Shown one piece after another: positions 41,583-53,780 of a DNA stretch of 64,000 nucleotides. This DNA comes from an uncultured Chloroflexia bacterium (GTDB lineage: Bacteria > Chloroflexota > Anaerolineae > Anaerolineales > UBA11858), in contig CAWHCC010000002.1 in NCBI GenBank assembly GCA_963827805.1, positions 338,261-402,260 of the forward strand. Direction: 5' to 3'. The first letter of the stretch is position 1; the number at the start of each line of letters is the position of its first letter. Made by a program: the position numbers and the translations under genes. The notes below the pieces were generated by a model. It was not told the DNA's origin. It did no database searches and was given only the letters and a program-made list of their open reading frames with translations.

Positions 41583-42581
41583 ATGCGTGCTATGTTGCTA
41601 ACTCAGTATCGGTTTGTTGAGGAATTACCGTTAAGTCCGGTTGAAATGACCAAACCAAAACCTGACCCAGGTCAAATCCGGATTCGCGTGCAATTATGCG
41701 GTGTTTGTCATACCGATTTGCATATCGTAGAAGGGGATATTCATCCGCCGGTTTTGCCGATAGTACCAGGGCATCAAGTTGTTGGGATTGTCGATGCCCT
41801 TGGGGAGGGAGTTACACACTTGGATTTAGGGAGGCGTGTTGGGGTGCCCTGGTTTCACGCTGCCTGTGGGGAGTGCCGCTATTGCTTGAATGGGATGGAA
41901 AATCTTTGTCCCGAAGCTAGCTTCACGGGTTTTCAGGTGAACGGGGGTTTTGCCGAATTTATGCTCGCAAAAGCCAAATTTGTGCTGCCCATCCCTAATC
42001 AGATCAGCGATGAGCAGGCTGCACCTCTCCTGTGTGCCGGTATCATAGGGTATCGCTCACTTCTGAAAGCAGATTTGCAACCCGGAGAACGCTTGGGATT
42101 ATTTGGTTTTGGTGCCAGCGCTCATTTAGCAATTCAAGTTGCCCGTTTTTGGGACTGCGAAGTTTATGTGTTCACCCGTTCTCCTAAACACCGGGATCAC
42201 GCGCACCAACTGGGGGCTGCCTGGGTTGGCGGGGCTGATGATACCCCTCCCAAATTTCTGGATCGGGCTGTCATTTTTGCCCCCGCCGGTGTTCTCATTC
42301 CTAGAGCCTTAGCAAAAATCCGCCCTGGGGGTACGTTGGCCATCAACGCCATTCATATGACTCCCATACCTGAAATGTCTTATGACTTGATTTATGGCGA
42401 ACGGACGTTGCGCAGCGTTGCCAATGCCACCTACAAAAATGGGATTGAGTTTTTAAAGCTGGCTGAGGATATCCCTATCCATGCTACGACACAGATCTAT
42501 AGTTTAGAGCAAGCCAATCAAGCCCTGGTTGATGTGAAGCATAGTCGTTTGAATGGAGAGGCTGTTTTGAAAGTCGCTTGA
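41583..42581 (+). CDS. Zn-dependent alcohol dehydrogenase family protein
   Basis: CHTD, GHQ, C..C..C......C structural Zn, GLFGFG. Confidence 0.94.
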   Translation: MRAMLLTQYRFVEELPLSPVEMTKPKPDPGQIRIRVQLCGVCHTDLHIVEGDIHPPVLPIVPGHQVVGIVDALGEGVTHLDLGRRVGVPWFHAACGECRYCLNGMENLCPEASFTGFQVNGGFAEFMLAKAKFVLPIPNQISDEQAAPLLCAGIIGYRSLLKADLQPGERLGLFGFGASAHLAIQVARFWDCEVYVFTRSPKHRDHAHQLGAAWVGGADDTPPKFLDRAVIFAPAGVLIPRALAKIRPGGTLAINAIHMTPIPEMSYDLIYGERTLRSVANATYKNGIEFLKLAEDIPIHATTQIYSLEQANQALVDVKHSRLNGEAVLKVA

Positions 42582-42663
42582 CAGCACTTTTTTGGTATAA
42601 TCGGTGCGCCAAAGAATTAGGAAACAAATCTAAATTAACTGGACGTAGAGGAGTGAAAGGGCC

Positions 42664-43419
42664 ATGTCTGGACATTCAAAATGGTCGACCATTAAAAGGA
42701 AAAAAGGAGCCGCTGATGCCAAACGCGGCGCTATTTTTACCCGCATTTCAAAGGAAATAGCAATCGCCGCTCGGGAAGGTGGCGGAGATCCGGATGTTAA
42801 TTTTAGTTTACGGCTGGCGATCGATAAAGCAAAATCAGCCAACATGCCCAAAGACAACATAGAACGAGCTATCAAACGAGGAACTGGCGAGGATAAAGAC
42901 GGGGTGGCTTTCGAGGAGGTGATGTACGAAGGTTACGCTCCGCATGGGGTAGCTCTGATGATTGAAACGGTGACGGATAATCGTAACCGTGCGGTAGCAG
43001 ATATCCGCCACGCCCTAACCCGTTTTGGGGGCAGCATGGGGGAGACAGGTTCGGTGGCCTGGCAATTCAACCGTGCATCTTATTTCGCCTTTTCATCTGA
43101 AGGCTTAGAAGAGGATGAAGTCTTTATGTATGCCATCGAAGGTGGCGCTGATGATGTCACGTTTGAAGCAGACACTGTTGAAATTGTTGGACCTGTAGAT
43201 GCTTACAAAACCGTTGGCGATCAGCTTCGTATGGCGGGTATTAAAGTTGAAGATGCTGGCCTTCGAATGATCCCTACACAAGAGCTTGAATTGGGGATTG
43301 ACGAAACCCTCAAGGTTATGAAGGTCATCGAAGGGCTCGAGGAGTTGGATGATGTGCAAAATGTGTATTCCAACTTAAGCATCTCAGACGAAGCAATTTC
43401 AAAATTGGAAACGGCTTGA
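42664..43419 (+). CDS. yebC: YebC/PmpR family protein
   Basis: MSGHSKW, YEGYAP.G, TDNRNR, DDVQNVY. Confidence 0.97.
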   Translation: MSGHSKWSTIKRKKGAADAKRGAIFTRISKEIAIAAREGGGDPDVNFSLRLAIDKAKSANMPKDNIERAIKRGTGEDKDGVAFEEVMYEGYAPHGVALMIETVTDNRNRAVADIRHALTRFGGSMGETGSVAWQFNRASYFAFSSEGLEEDEVFMYAIEGGADDVTFEADTVEIVGPVDAYKTVGDQLRMAGIKVEDAGLRMIPTQELELGIDETLKVMKVIEGLEELDDVQNVYSNLSISDEAISKLETA

Positions 43420-43916
43420 TGCTGGTTATTGGCATTGATCCGGGGACCGCGATTACCGGATACGGGTTGGTACGTGAAGAAAAAAATGGAAGATTGACGG
43501 TCGTGGATTATGGGGTGGTAAAAACCTCTGCGAAAATGCCGATGCCAAAAAGGCTGCTGAGTCTCTACCATCAACTCAAAGAAATCACCTTTCTCCATCG
43601 TCCCGATTGTGGTGCGGTGGAGAAATTATTTTTTCAAACCAATGTAAAAACTGCAATCAGTGTTGGTCAAGGACGAGGCGTTGCCATATTAGCATTGGCT
43701 GAAGCTGAAATGCCGATCTCGGAATACACACCGAATGAGATCAAACAGTCTATTTCCGGATATGGCAGTGCTGATAAAGCACAGATGCAATATATGGTCA
43801 AAGCGCTGCTCGAGTTGGAAGAAATTCCGAAACCGGATGATGCTGCAGATGCTTTAGCGGTGGCGGTTTGCCATATTCATCATGCACGTTACAAATCGTT
43901 GACGGAGGAGGAATAG
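43419..43916 (+). CDS. ruvC: Holliday junction resolvase RuvC
   Basis: [26 protein letters not shown]. Confidence 0.97.
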   Translation: MLVIGIDPGTAITGYGLVREEKNGRLTVVDYGVVKTSAKMPMPKRLLSLYHQLKEITFLHRPDCGAVEKLFFQTNVKTAISVGQGRGVAILALAEAEMPISEYTPNEIKQSISGYGSADKAQMQYMVKALLELEEIPKPDDAADALAVAVCHIHHARYKSLTEEE

Positions 43917-43922
43917 CAAATT

Positions 43923-45185
43923 TTGGAGATAAGTCAGTTCGATTTATTTGTTCGCTTTGGTGCTGCCATTGGATTTGGTTTTATGATTGGCTTGCAGCGT
44001 GAGTTTGCCAAAGGGGGTGAGGGCCGGTCGATTGTGGCTGGTGAACGTACATTTGCCCTTTTTGGTCTCACCGGTTGTCTGGCTGCCTTCGCGGCTGACG
44101 AGTTCAACTCTCCTTTGCCTTTTCTTGTGATCGTTTTATTAGCTGGGAGTATGGCCGCTATATCTTATTTTGTTGACGCCTGGCGCGGTAAAGTTGGCTT
44201 GACCACAGAAGTAGCAATTATTGTTACCATCCTGATCGGGGCGGTATGCTTCTGGGGCTATTTATTGCTCGCCGCTGCGATTGGAATTGCTACCACGGTT
44301 TTACTCTCGCTAAAACTTGAGACAGATCGCTTTGTACGCGCGCTCACCAGGGAGGATATTTCTGCTGCTTTACAATTGGCGGTCATTTCAGCCATCATTT
44401 TGCCAATTTTACCGAATGAAGCGATCTTTCCTCCACCATTTGATGTGCTCAACCCTTATAAGATTTGGCTGATGGTTGTCTTTATTTCGGGGATTAGCTT
44501 TTTGGGTTATGTCGCCATCAAAATTGTTGGTCCCGAACAAGGGATTGGTATTTCAGGTTTATTGGGTGGTTTGGTGTCGAGTACAGCGGTAACGCTTAGT
44601 TTCTCTGATCGCAGTAACCGAGAACCACAATTAGCAAAACCGTTTGCGCTTGCAATTACTATAGCCTGGACAGTGATGTTTGCCCGGGTTCTGATTGAAG
44701 TCGGTGTCATCAACAAGGATCTACTCAGAGAAATTTGGCTACCTATTGTGGCAACTGGCGGACTTGGATTGTTATATTGTGTTTATCTATTTTTTTCACA
44801 ACGAACCTCCGAAAAAGGTGATGTGGAATTTTCAAACCCCTTTGATTTAAAATCCGCGATCAAATTTGGATTTTTATACGGTTTGATTTTATTGTTTTCG
44901 AGAATTGCCCAAATTTATTTAGGAGATACTGGAATTTATATATCGAGCATTGTTTCCGGTGCCGCAGATGTGGATGCCATCGCGCTCAGTATGGCGGAAT
45001 TAAGTAGAACTGGAAATCTGGATATCAACACTGCCGCAAATGCCGTAATCCTTGCTGCGATGTCAAATACCGCTGTCAAAGGCGGGATTGCTTTGTTTGG
45101 TGGGTCTCTGGCTTTACGCAAACCTCTTCTCCCAGCGATTATTATGATGCTTGTCGCCGGGTTGAGTCTCGCTTTTTTAATTTGA
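43923..45185 (+). CDS. MgtC/SapB-DUF4010 membrane protein
   Basis: IGLQRE, AGERTF, GLTTE, GGLVSSTA, DVDA. Confidence 0.92.
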   Translation: MEISQFDLFVRFGAAIGFGFMIGLQREFAKGGEGRSIVAGERTFALFGLTGCLAAFAADEFNSPLPFLVIVLLAGSMAAISYFVDAWRGKVGLTTEVAIIVTILIGAVCFWGYLLLAAAIGIATTVLLSLKLETDRFVRALTREDISAALQLAVISAIILPILPNEAIFPPPFDVLNPYKIWLMVVFISGISFLGYVAIKIVGPEQGIGISGLLGGLVSSTAVTLSFSDRSNREPQLAKPFALAITIAWTVMFARVLIEVGVINKDLLREIWLPIVATGGLGLLYCVYLFFSQRTSEKGDVEFSNPFDLKSAIKFGFLYGLILLFSRIAQIYLGDTGIYISSIVSGAADVDAIALSMAELSRTGNLDINTAANAVILAAMSNTAVKGGIALFGGSLALRKPLLPAIIMMLVAGLSLAFLI

Positions 45186-45203
45186 TTTGAACGGAGTTTA
45201 TCG

Positions 45204-45782
45204 ATGATCGCTAGCTTGAATGGTCGGGTTGCGGATAAAGTTTCCGATTATGTTATTTTAGAAGTGGGTGGTATGGGATTTCAAGTTTTTGTTCCCTCAC
45301 CCAAAATTGAAGAGTTGCGTGTTGGAGAAACAGTTTTCCTTCACACGTATTTGGTTGTTCGAGAAGATTCTCTAACGCTTTTTGGGTTTTCTACTTCTGA
45401 GGAACGGGAATTTTTCCAACTATTAATTGGGGTCAGCGGTGTTGGTCCGCGGATCGCGCTGGCTACTCTTTCTACGCTTAATCCTGATGCCATACGTCGA
45501 GCGGTTTTTTCCGAGCAACCAGAAATTTTCACCCGCGTTCCAGGTATTGGAAAAAAAGGTGCGCAAAAAATTGCCCTGCATTTGCAAGATCGCATTCAGG
45601 CCGTGGATGGATTTAGTCCTGTAACCGCGATGGATGATACTGATACCCAGGTTTTGGAAGCAATGATTGCTTTGGGGTATAGTGTCGTAGAAGCTCAGGC
45701 TGCTCTTCAAACGATTCCCCGGGATGCTCCAGATGATATCGAGACCCGTATTCGGTTGGCATTGCAGTACTTCTCAGCTTAG
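45204..45782 (+). CDS. ruvA: Holliday junction branch migration protein RuvA
   Basis: VRED, GVSGVGPR, VPGIGKK, ALGY. Confidence 0.97.
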   Translation: MIASLNGRVADKVSDYVILEVGGMGFQVFVPSPKIEELRVGETVFLHTYLVVREDSLTLFGFSTSEEREFFQLLIGVSGVGPRIALATLSTLNPDAIRRAVFSEQPEIFTRVPGIGKKGAQKIALHLQDRIQAVDGFSPVTAMDDTDTQVLEAMIALGYSVVEAQAALQTIPRDAPDDIETRIRLALQYFSA

Positions 45783-45803
45783 TATTTTTATCCGAGGTGT
45801 ATT

Positions 45804-46655
45804 ATGTTTGAAGGTTGTAAAATTGCATTTATTGGTTCAGGAGCGATGGCAGAAGCAATGATTTCTGGTCTGATTCGCAATCAACTTGCGGAGGTTGAGT
45901 CTCTATTTACTTCTGATCCTCGGGAAGTTCGACTCTCTGAATTGAGCCAACGTTATGGAATTCAGACAGAAACGGATAATGTAAAAGTTGTGGTTGATGC
46001 TGATGTAGTGGTCCTTTCCATCAAGCCCCAAGTTTTACAAAAAGTGTCAGAAAATTTAAAAACACACATAAGGCCTGATGCCTTGGTGCTCTCAATTATT
46101 GCAGGTGCTCCCGTTCGAAAAATTGCAGATTGTTTGGATCATGAGATTGTAGTGCGGTCCATGCCCAATACACCTGCTCAAATTGGACAGGGTATCACCG
46201 TTTGGACAGCGGCGAAAGCTGTTTCGGAGCGCCAACTCAAAATGGCACGTCAAATTTTGAGCGCCCTGGGTGACGAGATTTTTCTCGAAGATGAATACTA
46301 TCTCGATATGGCAACGGCCCTCTCTGGTACCGGGCCAGCGTACGTCTTTTTATTTATGGAAGCGATGGTAGATGCGGGTGTGCATATGGGTTTCGAGCGT
46401 CATATCGCAGAACGGCTTGTGGCTCAAACTGTACGCGGCTCGGTCGATTATTTTACAAAAAGGGATGACCCTGTCCATTTGGCACGCCTCCGCAATCAGG
46501 TTACATCTCCAGGCGGCACCTCAGCTGCTGCCTTATATTACCTAGAAAAAGCTGGATTCCGTACCGCGATTTCCCGGGCCGTTTGGGCGGCATTCGAGCG
46601 TTCTCGAGAGCTTGGTGCTAATGCTAAAACCCACGCCCCCCAGGATAATGAGTAG
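45804..46655 (+). CDS. proC: Pyrroline-5-carboxylate reductase
   Basis: FIGSGAM, KPQ, RSMPN, SGTGPAY, VTSPGGT. Confidence 0.96.
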   Translation: MFEGCKIAFIGSGAMAEAMISGLIRNQLAEVESLFTSDPREVRLSELSQRYGIQTETDNVKVVVDADVVVLSIKPQVLQKVSENLKTHIRPDALVLSIIAGAPVRKIADCLDHEIVVRSMPNTPAQIGQGITVWTAAKAVSERQLKMARQILSALGDEIFLEDEYYLDMATALSGTGPAYVFLFMEAMVDAGVHMGFERHIAERLVAQTVRGSVDYFTKRDDPVHLARLRNQVTSPGGTSAAALYYLEKAGFRTAISRAVWAAFERSRELGANAKTHAPQDNE

Positions 46656-46742
46656 TATTAGGTTATTTAGAAGAAGCAATTAAAAATTTTGAAAAAAGCA
46701 CCTCTATTAATAAGAGCAAATTGATTGGAATTCGTGAATAAC

Positions 46743-46771
46743 TGGACAATCTCTTTGCTTTCAGGTATCAT
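46743..46771 (+). promoter_or_regulatory. Sigma70-type promoter upstream of the M42 peptidase/atp block
   Basis: TGGACA-17 nt-TATCAT. Confidence 0.55.
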
Positions 46772-46828
46772 TTTACCGCTCACAAGCCTGAGGAATGTGA
46801 GCGAACATTTCTACACCAAGAGCATTGA

Positions 46829-47899
46829 ATGGATTTCACTTCCCAACTCCTAAAAGAACTTACGGAAGCACATGGCATCCCAGGATATGAAGGTCCCATT
46901 CGGGAGATCGTACGAAAATACCTGAACCCGCTGGGCTCCTTAACCCAAGATAAAATCGGGAGTGTCATTTGCGAAAAAAACGGTACATCGAAAGCCCCCC
47001 GCGTGATGCTTGCGGGACACATGGACGAAATTGGTTTCATGGTCAAGCATATCACCAAGGAGGGCTTTATTAAATTCTTGCCATTGGGAGGGTGGTTCGA
47101 CCAGGTGCTTCTTGGTCAGCGTGTAGTCATCCAAACTCGCACGAGTGAAGTTATCGGTGTAATTGGGGCTAAACCGCCACATATGCTTTCCGCTGAAGAG
47201 CGCTCAAAGGTTGTCGAAAAGAAAGACATGTATATTGATATCGGTGCCACGAGTCTGAATGAAGTGGAGGAGGCCGGTGTTCGTTTAGGAGATCCGATAA
47301 TTCCACAGGCTGAATTTTCGCTGCTGGCCAACGGCAAAACATATCTTTCTAAGGCATTTGATGATCGAGTTGGTGTTGCGCTGATTGTGTCTGCTCTACA
47401 AGAGTTAGAAGCACAGGAGCACCCCAACTCGATATTTGGGGTTGCTACCGTCCAGGAGGAGATCGGCGTCCGAGGCGCGACGACTAGTGTCCATGCTGTC
47501 GACCCGGATGTAGCCATCATTCTGGAGGTTGATATCGCTGGTGATATCCCTGGTATCAAGCCGGAAGAATCATCTGTTAAATTAAGCGGTGGTCCTACAG
47601 TGCTAATTTACGACGCCCGCATGGTACCCAATTTAGCGTTACGAGATTTTGTTATTGATACCGCCGAAGAGCTAGAAATCTCGGTTCAGCTTTCATCTGT
47701 CCTCGGCGGAGCTACAGATGGCGCTGCCATTCACTTACACAAAACTGGCGTTCCCACCGTAGTTCTGGGCGTTCCCTCACGCCATATCCACTCGCATAGC
47801 TCTATGATACACCGAGATGATTACGATCAGGCAGTTCAATTACTGGTTGCTTTATTGAAACGCTTGGATGCTCGCACAGTTGCCGGTTTTACTCAATAG
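46829..47899 (+). CDS. M42 family aminopeptidase
   Basis: HMDEIG, KAFDDR, QEEIG, GATD, HIHS. Confidence 0.95.
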   Translation: MDFTSQLLKELTEAHGIPGYEGPIREIVRKYLNPLGSLTQDKIGSVICEKNGTSKAPRVMLAGHMDEIGFMVKHITKEGFIKFLPLGGWFDQVLLGQRVVIQTRTSEVIGVIGAKPPHMLSAEERSKVVEKKDMYIDIGATSLNEVEEAGVRLGDPIIPQAEFSLLANGKTYLSKAFDDRVGVALIVSALQELEAQEHPNSIFGVATVQEEIGVRGATTSVHAVDPDVAIILEVDIAGDIPGIKPEESSVKLSGGPTVLIYDARMVPNLALRDFVIDTAEELEISVQLSSVLGGATDGAAIHLHKTGVPTVVLGVPSRHIHSHSSMIHRDDYDQAVQLLVALLKRLDARTVAGFTQ

Positions 47900-47978
47900 A
47901 TATTTAGAGAGTCGAGATTATAAATTTCAATTCTCCAATCTTCACCCCTGAAAAACAAATTTTTCGCCCGGAGGCAAA

Positions 47979-49641
47979 ATGTCTGATCTGATTAAGCAAA
48001 TTACCGCCGATCTTCAGCAGCAAATTGAAACCTTTGAATCCACCCTTGGAGTACAGGATGTCGGCACTGTAATTGAAGCTGGCGATGGTATCGCCCGTGC
48101 CGTTGGTCTTTCTGACGTGCGGTCACAGGAGTTGGTGCAATTCGAAAACGGCGTCATAGGAACGGCCTTCAACCTCGAGAGCGAGAGTGTCGGTATTATC
48201 GTGATGGGTTCATACTCTGGTATCCGCGAAGGCATGACGGTGCGATCGACGGGTCGTATTGCTTCGGTACCAGTGGGTAACGGCTTGGTTGGTCGGGTGG
48301 TCAACGCTTTGGGTGAGCCTATTGATGGAAAAGGCCCAATTGTTGCTGACGGTTATCGCCCGATGGAGCGTATTGCTCCAGGTGTTGTTGAACGTCAAGA
48401 TGTTGATACCCCAGTTCAAACTGGTATTAAAGCAATTGACTCGATGATCCCAGTTGGTCGTGGTCAACGTGAGTTGATCATTGGTGACCGACAAACTGGT
48501 AAGACGGCTATTGCCATTGATGCAATCATCAATCAAGTTGGCAAAGATCTGATTTGTATTTATGTTGCCGTTGGACAAAAGAAGTCCGCGATTGCTCGCA
48601 CCGTGGCTATCCTGGAGCGTTTTGGTGCTATGGACCATACGATTGTGGTTGTGGCCTCAGCAGAAGAACCCGCCGCTCTTCAATATATTGCTCCATATGC
48701 CGGATGTGCCATCGGTGAAGAGTTTATGGAAACCGGTCGACATGCCTTAGTTGTATATGACGATCTTTCTAAGCATGCCTGGGCTTACCGCCAGGTTTCA
48801 CTACTGCTGCGTCGTCCCCCAGGACGTGAAGCCTACCCTGGTGACCTCTTTTATTTACACTCCCGCTTATTAGAAAGAGCAGCCCGCCTTGCAAACCAGT
48901 ATGTCATTGTTTCTAACGATTTTGCAGGTGAGTTTGCTTCTGCCTCAGATGCAGTTGATGGAAATATTTATGGTGGCCCATTAGCCATGCACGCTGCTGA
49001 AACTGCTCTTAAGGAATTGGAAAATGCAACTGGCTTGAAAATTGTTCAGGTTGAAGGTACTGGTGGCTCTCTGACAGCACTGCCTATCATCGAAACGCTC
49101 TTGGGTGATGTTTCAGCATACGTACCAACTAACGTGATTTCGATCACAGATGGGCAAATTTATCTTGAGAACAACCTTTTCTATGCGGGTATTCGACCTG
49201 CGGTCAATGTGGGCCTATCAGTCTCCCGAGTTGGTGGTGATGCTCAAACGAAGGCGATGAAACAAGTTGCCGGCCGTCTGCGATTGGATATGGCTTCCTT
49301 CCGTGAATTGGCGGCCTTTGCTCAATTCGGCTCTGACCTAGATAAAGCCACCCAATCTCGTCTAAACCGTGGTCAGCGTTTACAAGAAATCCTAAAAGCA
49401 GCCGCAATATGAGCCAATATCATTAGAAAATCAGGTTATTACCATCTATGCTGGAACCAATGGATACGCAGACAATGTAGACATTGATCGGATGCGTGAA
49501 TGGGAGATGTCTTTAGTCCGCTATATGGCATCTTCTCACCCAGAAATAGGGCGAAAGATCATTGAACAGGAACGCATCAGTGATGAACTTGAAGAGAGCC
49601 TGAAATCCGCTTTAGAAACCTTCAAATCAACCTGGATCTAA
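47979..49641 (+). CDS. atpA: F1-ATPase subunit alpha; frameshift near 49395
   Basis: [17 protein letters not shown]; removing one A restores ILKQPQY...KSTWI. Confidence 0.97.
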
Positions 49642-49671
49642 GTAAAATCGAGAAAAACTTCTAAAGGAATT

Positions 49672-50565
49672 ATGGCAAACGCACGAGAAGTACAACTCCG
49701 AATTCGAAGTGTCAAGAATATTGCCCAAGTAACAAGGGCTTTGCAGGCTGTTAGTGCCAGTAAAGTCCAAAAAGCGATGCAGGCGATGATGAATACGCGG
49801 CCCTACGCGACCAAAGCCTGGCAAGTGCTGACACATATTGCTTTGCAGCCTGGACGTTCGAATTTGCATCCACTACTCCAAGAACGTGATGAAGTTCGCA
49901 ACGTATTGGTTGTAATGATCAGCGGTGACCGTGGTTTAGCAGGGGCTTATAACACGAATATCGTCCGGCATACCTTCCAGCAGTTCAGGAATTACAATTC
50001 GCCTGTACGCTATATCACGGTCGGTCGTAAAGGCCGAGATATGCTGATTCGTCGCGGCGTCGATATTATGGCTGAGTTCAGTGATTTACCTGCTGCGCCA
50101 ACTTTTGTAGATGTTTCTGCAATTGGCCGCCTGGCCGTAGATGAGTTCTTAGAAGGGCGCGCTGACGAGGTTTATCTTGCTTATACAGATTTTTACAATA
50201 TGATTAAGCAAGTTGCGACCACAAAGAAATTGCTCCCCCTTGAGATCGAAAGTGGTGAGGGACGTGTTCATGCTTATGAGCAGCAAGTATCAACAGGCGC
50301 TTATCTGTACGAACCAGACGAAGAATCCCTTTTGAATGAAATCGTTCCGCGTTTCACTGCACTTCAGGTTTACCAGGCGATTCTTGAATCGGTTGCCAGT
50401 GAGCATGCTGCTCGCATGGTTGCCATGAAGAACGCAACGGATAGTGCTACCGAAATGAGCGCTGCGTTACAACTCGAATATAACAAAGCTCGCCAACAGA
50501 CCATTACTAGCGAAATGTTAGATATTGCTGGTGGTGCTGAAGCATTGGCGAAAAGTCAATCATAA
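49672..50565 (+). CDS. atpG: F1-ATPase subunit gamma
   Basis: SGDRGLAG, SEHAARM, YNKARQ..IT. Confidence 0.97.
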   Translation: MANAREVQLRIRSVKNIAQVTRALQAVSASKVQKAMQAMMNTRPYATKAWQVLTHIALQPGRSNLHPLLQERDEVRNVLVVMISGDRGLAGAYNTNIVRHTFQQFRNYNSPVRYITVGRKGRDMLIRRGVDIMAEFSDLPAAPTFVDVSAIGRLAVDEFLEGRADEVYLAYTDFYNMIKQVATTKKLLPLEIESGEGRVHAYEQQVSTGAYLYEPDEESLLNEIVPRFTALQVYQAILESVASEHAARMVAMKNATDSATEMSAALQLEYNKARQQTITSEMLDIAGGAEALAKSQS

Positions 50566-50619
50566 AAAATATCCGTAATCAGTAATTGATACCGGATCAC
50601 TTCTAACTGATAACTGTAA

Positions 50620-52026
<1,407 letters not shown>

Positions 52027-52160
52027 GTGATGTTTTAGCTTCCCTAATTCGTTGAAGGAGGCTTCAAGTTCAATTCGCACACACACTTGGACTTATCATC
52101 ACAAGAGTAAGTATCGAAAAGCTCAGTGTGCTTAGATATTTAGATTGAAAGAGGCTGTTT

Positions 52161-52619
52161 ATGCCCATCCGATGTGAGATCGTATCACAAGACCGAATGG
52201 TCTTTGAAGGGGACGCTGATACCGTCGTTATCCCTGGTGTTTTTGGGGAGATGGGTATCTTGCCAAATCACGCGCCGCTGCTTTCCACCATGGGATTTGG
52301 GGTAATTCGAGTGCGTACAGGGGACAACGAAGAAGTGTTTACTGTGGCTGGTGGACTAGTCGAAGTGCAGCCAGATGTTGTCACGGTTCTAGCGGATGTT
52401 GCTGAAAATGTTGCTGAAATTGATGTCGCCCGTGCTCGAGCTGCCCGTGAGCGCATCGAAGAAATTTTGGCAGAAGGACCACCCGCCGATCAAGATGCGT
52501 ACCTAAAAATGGAAGCTGCCTTGAGACGCTCTCAACTGCGCCTGGAAGCAGTCAGCCGTTATAAAAAAGGGCGTCGGTCAACCCTTTCCCCAATGCTAGA
52601 AGACGAAACTCCGAGCTAA
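52161..52619 (+). CDS. atpC: F1-ATPase subunit epsilon
   Basis: GEMGILPNHAP, GG..EV, IDVARA. Confidence 0.96.
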   Translation: MPIRCEIVSQDRMVFEGDADTVVIPGVFGEMGILPNHAPLLSTMGFGVIRVRTGDNEEVFTVAGGLVEVQPDVVTVLADVAENVAEIDVARARAARERIEEILAEGPPADQDAYLKMEAALRRSQLRLEAVSRYKKGRRSTLSPMLEDETPS

Positions 52620-52625
52620 ATAATT

Positions 52626-53641
52626 ATGGCAATGTTGTCAAAAGATTTAGGGATTGATTTAGGTACGATCCACACTAGAATTCGCGGAAAGCGGTCAGGT
52701 AATTCTGTCCGAACCAACTGTGGTGGCGATTGCAGTTCAGGAAGAAAAAATCGTCGAAGTTGGCGAGGAAGCTCAGAATATGTATGGCCGTGTTCCAGAA
52801 TCCCTTGAGGTTGCGCGCCCTCTTCAAAATGGTGTTATCGCGGATTATGAGATTACCGAAAAATTGTTGGAATATCTAATCCGCAAAATTAGCGGTCCGA
52901 TCCGCTTCTTTAGACCGCGTGTAATGATTACGGTTCCATTTGGTGTCACTAGCGTCGAAAGTCGTGCGGTTCACGAAGCAGCCTTGGAAGCCGTTAAAAA
53001 AGATGTCTTCCTGATCCAGCAGCCCATGGCGGCTGCTTTAGGTGTTGATTTGCCATTTAATACCCCCTCCGGCAATATGCTCATCAGTCTGGGGGGCGGT
53101 GCTACGCAAGCCGCTGTCTTAGCGATGTATGGCATCGTTGCCGCCGATACTTTGCGGGCTGGTGGATTACAATTGGACGAAGCGATTGTTGCCTATGTGC
53201 GTCGAAAGTATGGTCTTGTCATTGCCCAGCCTACTGCAGAGATGATCAAACTCCAAATTGGGGCAGCCGTTCCCCAGGATGAAGAGCAGAGCATTCAGCT
53301 TCAGGGTCAAGATCAAGTATCAGGATTGCCTCGCCCCCTCAGTTTAACTACGGGAGAAGTAGTTGAGGCGTTGCAAGATCCCCTCAACGATATCGTTGAA
53401 ACCGCCCGCCGTGTGCTTGAGAAAGACTCCCCCAGAATTAGTTTCTGATATTATCGACCGTGGAATTGCGTTATGTGGAGGCGGTGCTCTTTTGAAGGGG
53501 ATTGATAAATTATTGACCAAAGAATTAGGCGTTCCAGCTTATCTTGTCGATAACCCCACAACTTGTATCGCAGAAGGTTCTTCCTTAGCTTTAGAAGCTG
53601 GAATTTATGCTAAAATCAAACGCAATTTACCCCCAGTTTAA
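52626..53641 (+). CDS. mreB: MreB/Mbl-like actin paralog; frameshifts near 52686 and 53430
   Basis: GIDLGT, EPTVVA, RPLQNGVIAD, TAE.IK, TPPELVSDI..RGI.L.GGGALL. Confidence 0.9.
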
Positions 53642-53657
53642 TTTTTTCTTTCGCAAC

Positions 53658-53694
53658 AAAAAAAGGCTGGATGTTTTGGCATCCAGCCTTTTTT
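53658..53694. terminator. Bidirectional intrinsic terminator between mreB and rex
   Basis: AAAAAAAGGCTGGATG-ttttgg-CATCCAGCCTTTTTT. Confidence 0.88.
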
Positions 53695-53780
53695 GCGGAA
53701 ATAGCCAGAATTTGGCGGAGTCGAATCTCATTGATGTTTTTAAGCTCAAGGTCCGCAGCAAATTGAGGCGGGGTTCTTCT

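Noticed and set aside
42578-42601. Consensus TTGACA...TATAAT promoter for yebC
   Set aside because: Spacer is only 12 nt; only the extended -10 is credible.
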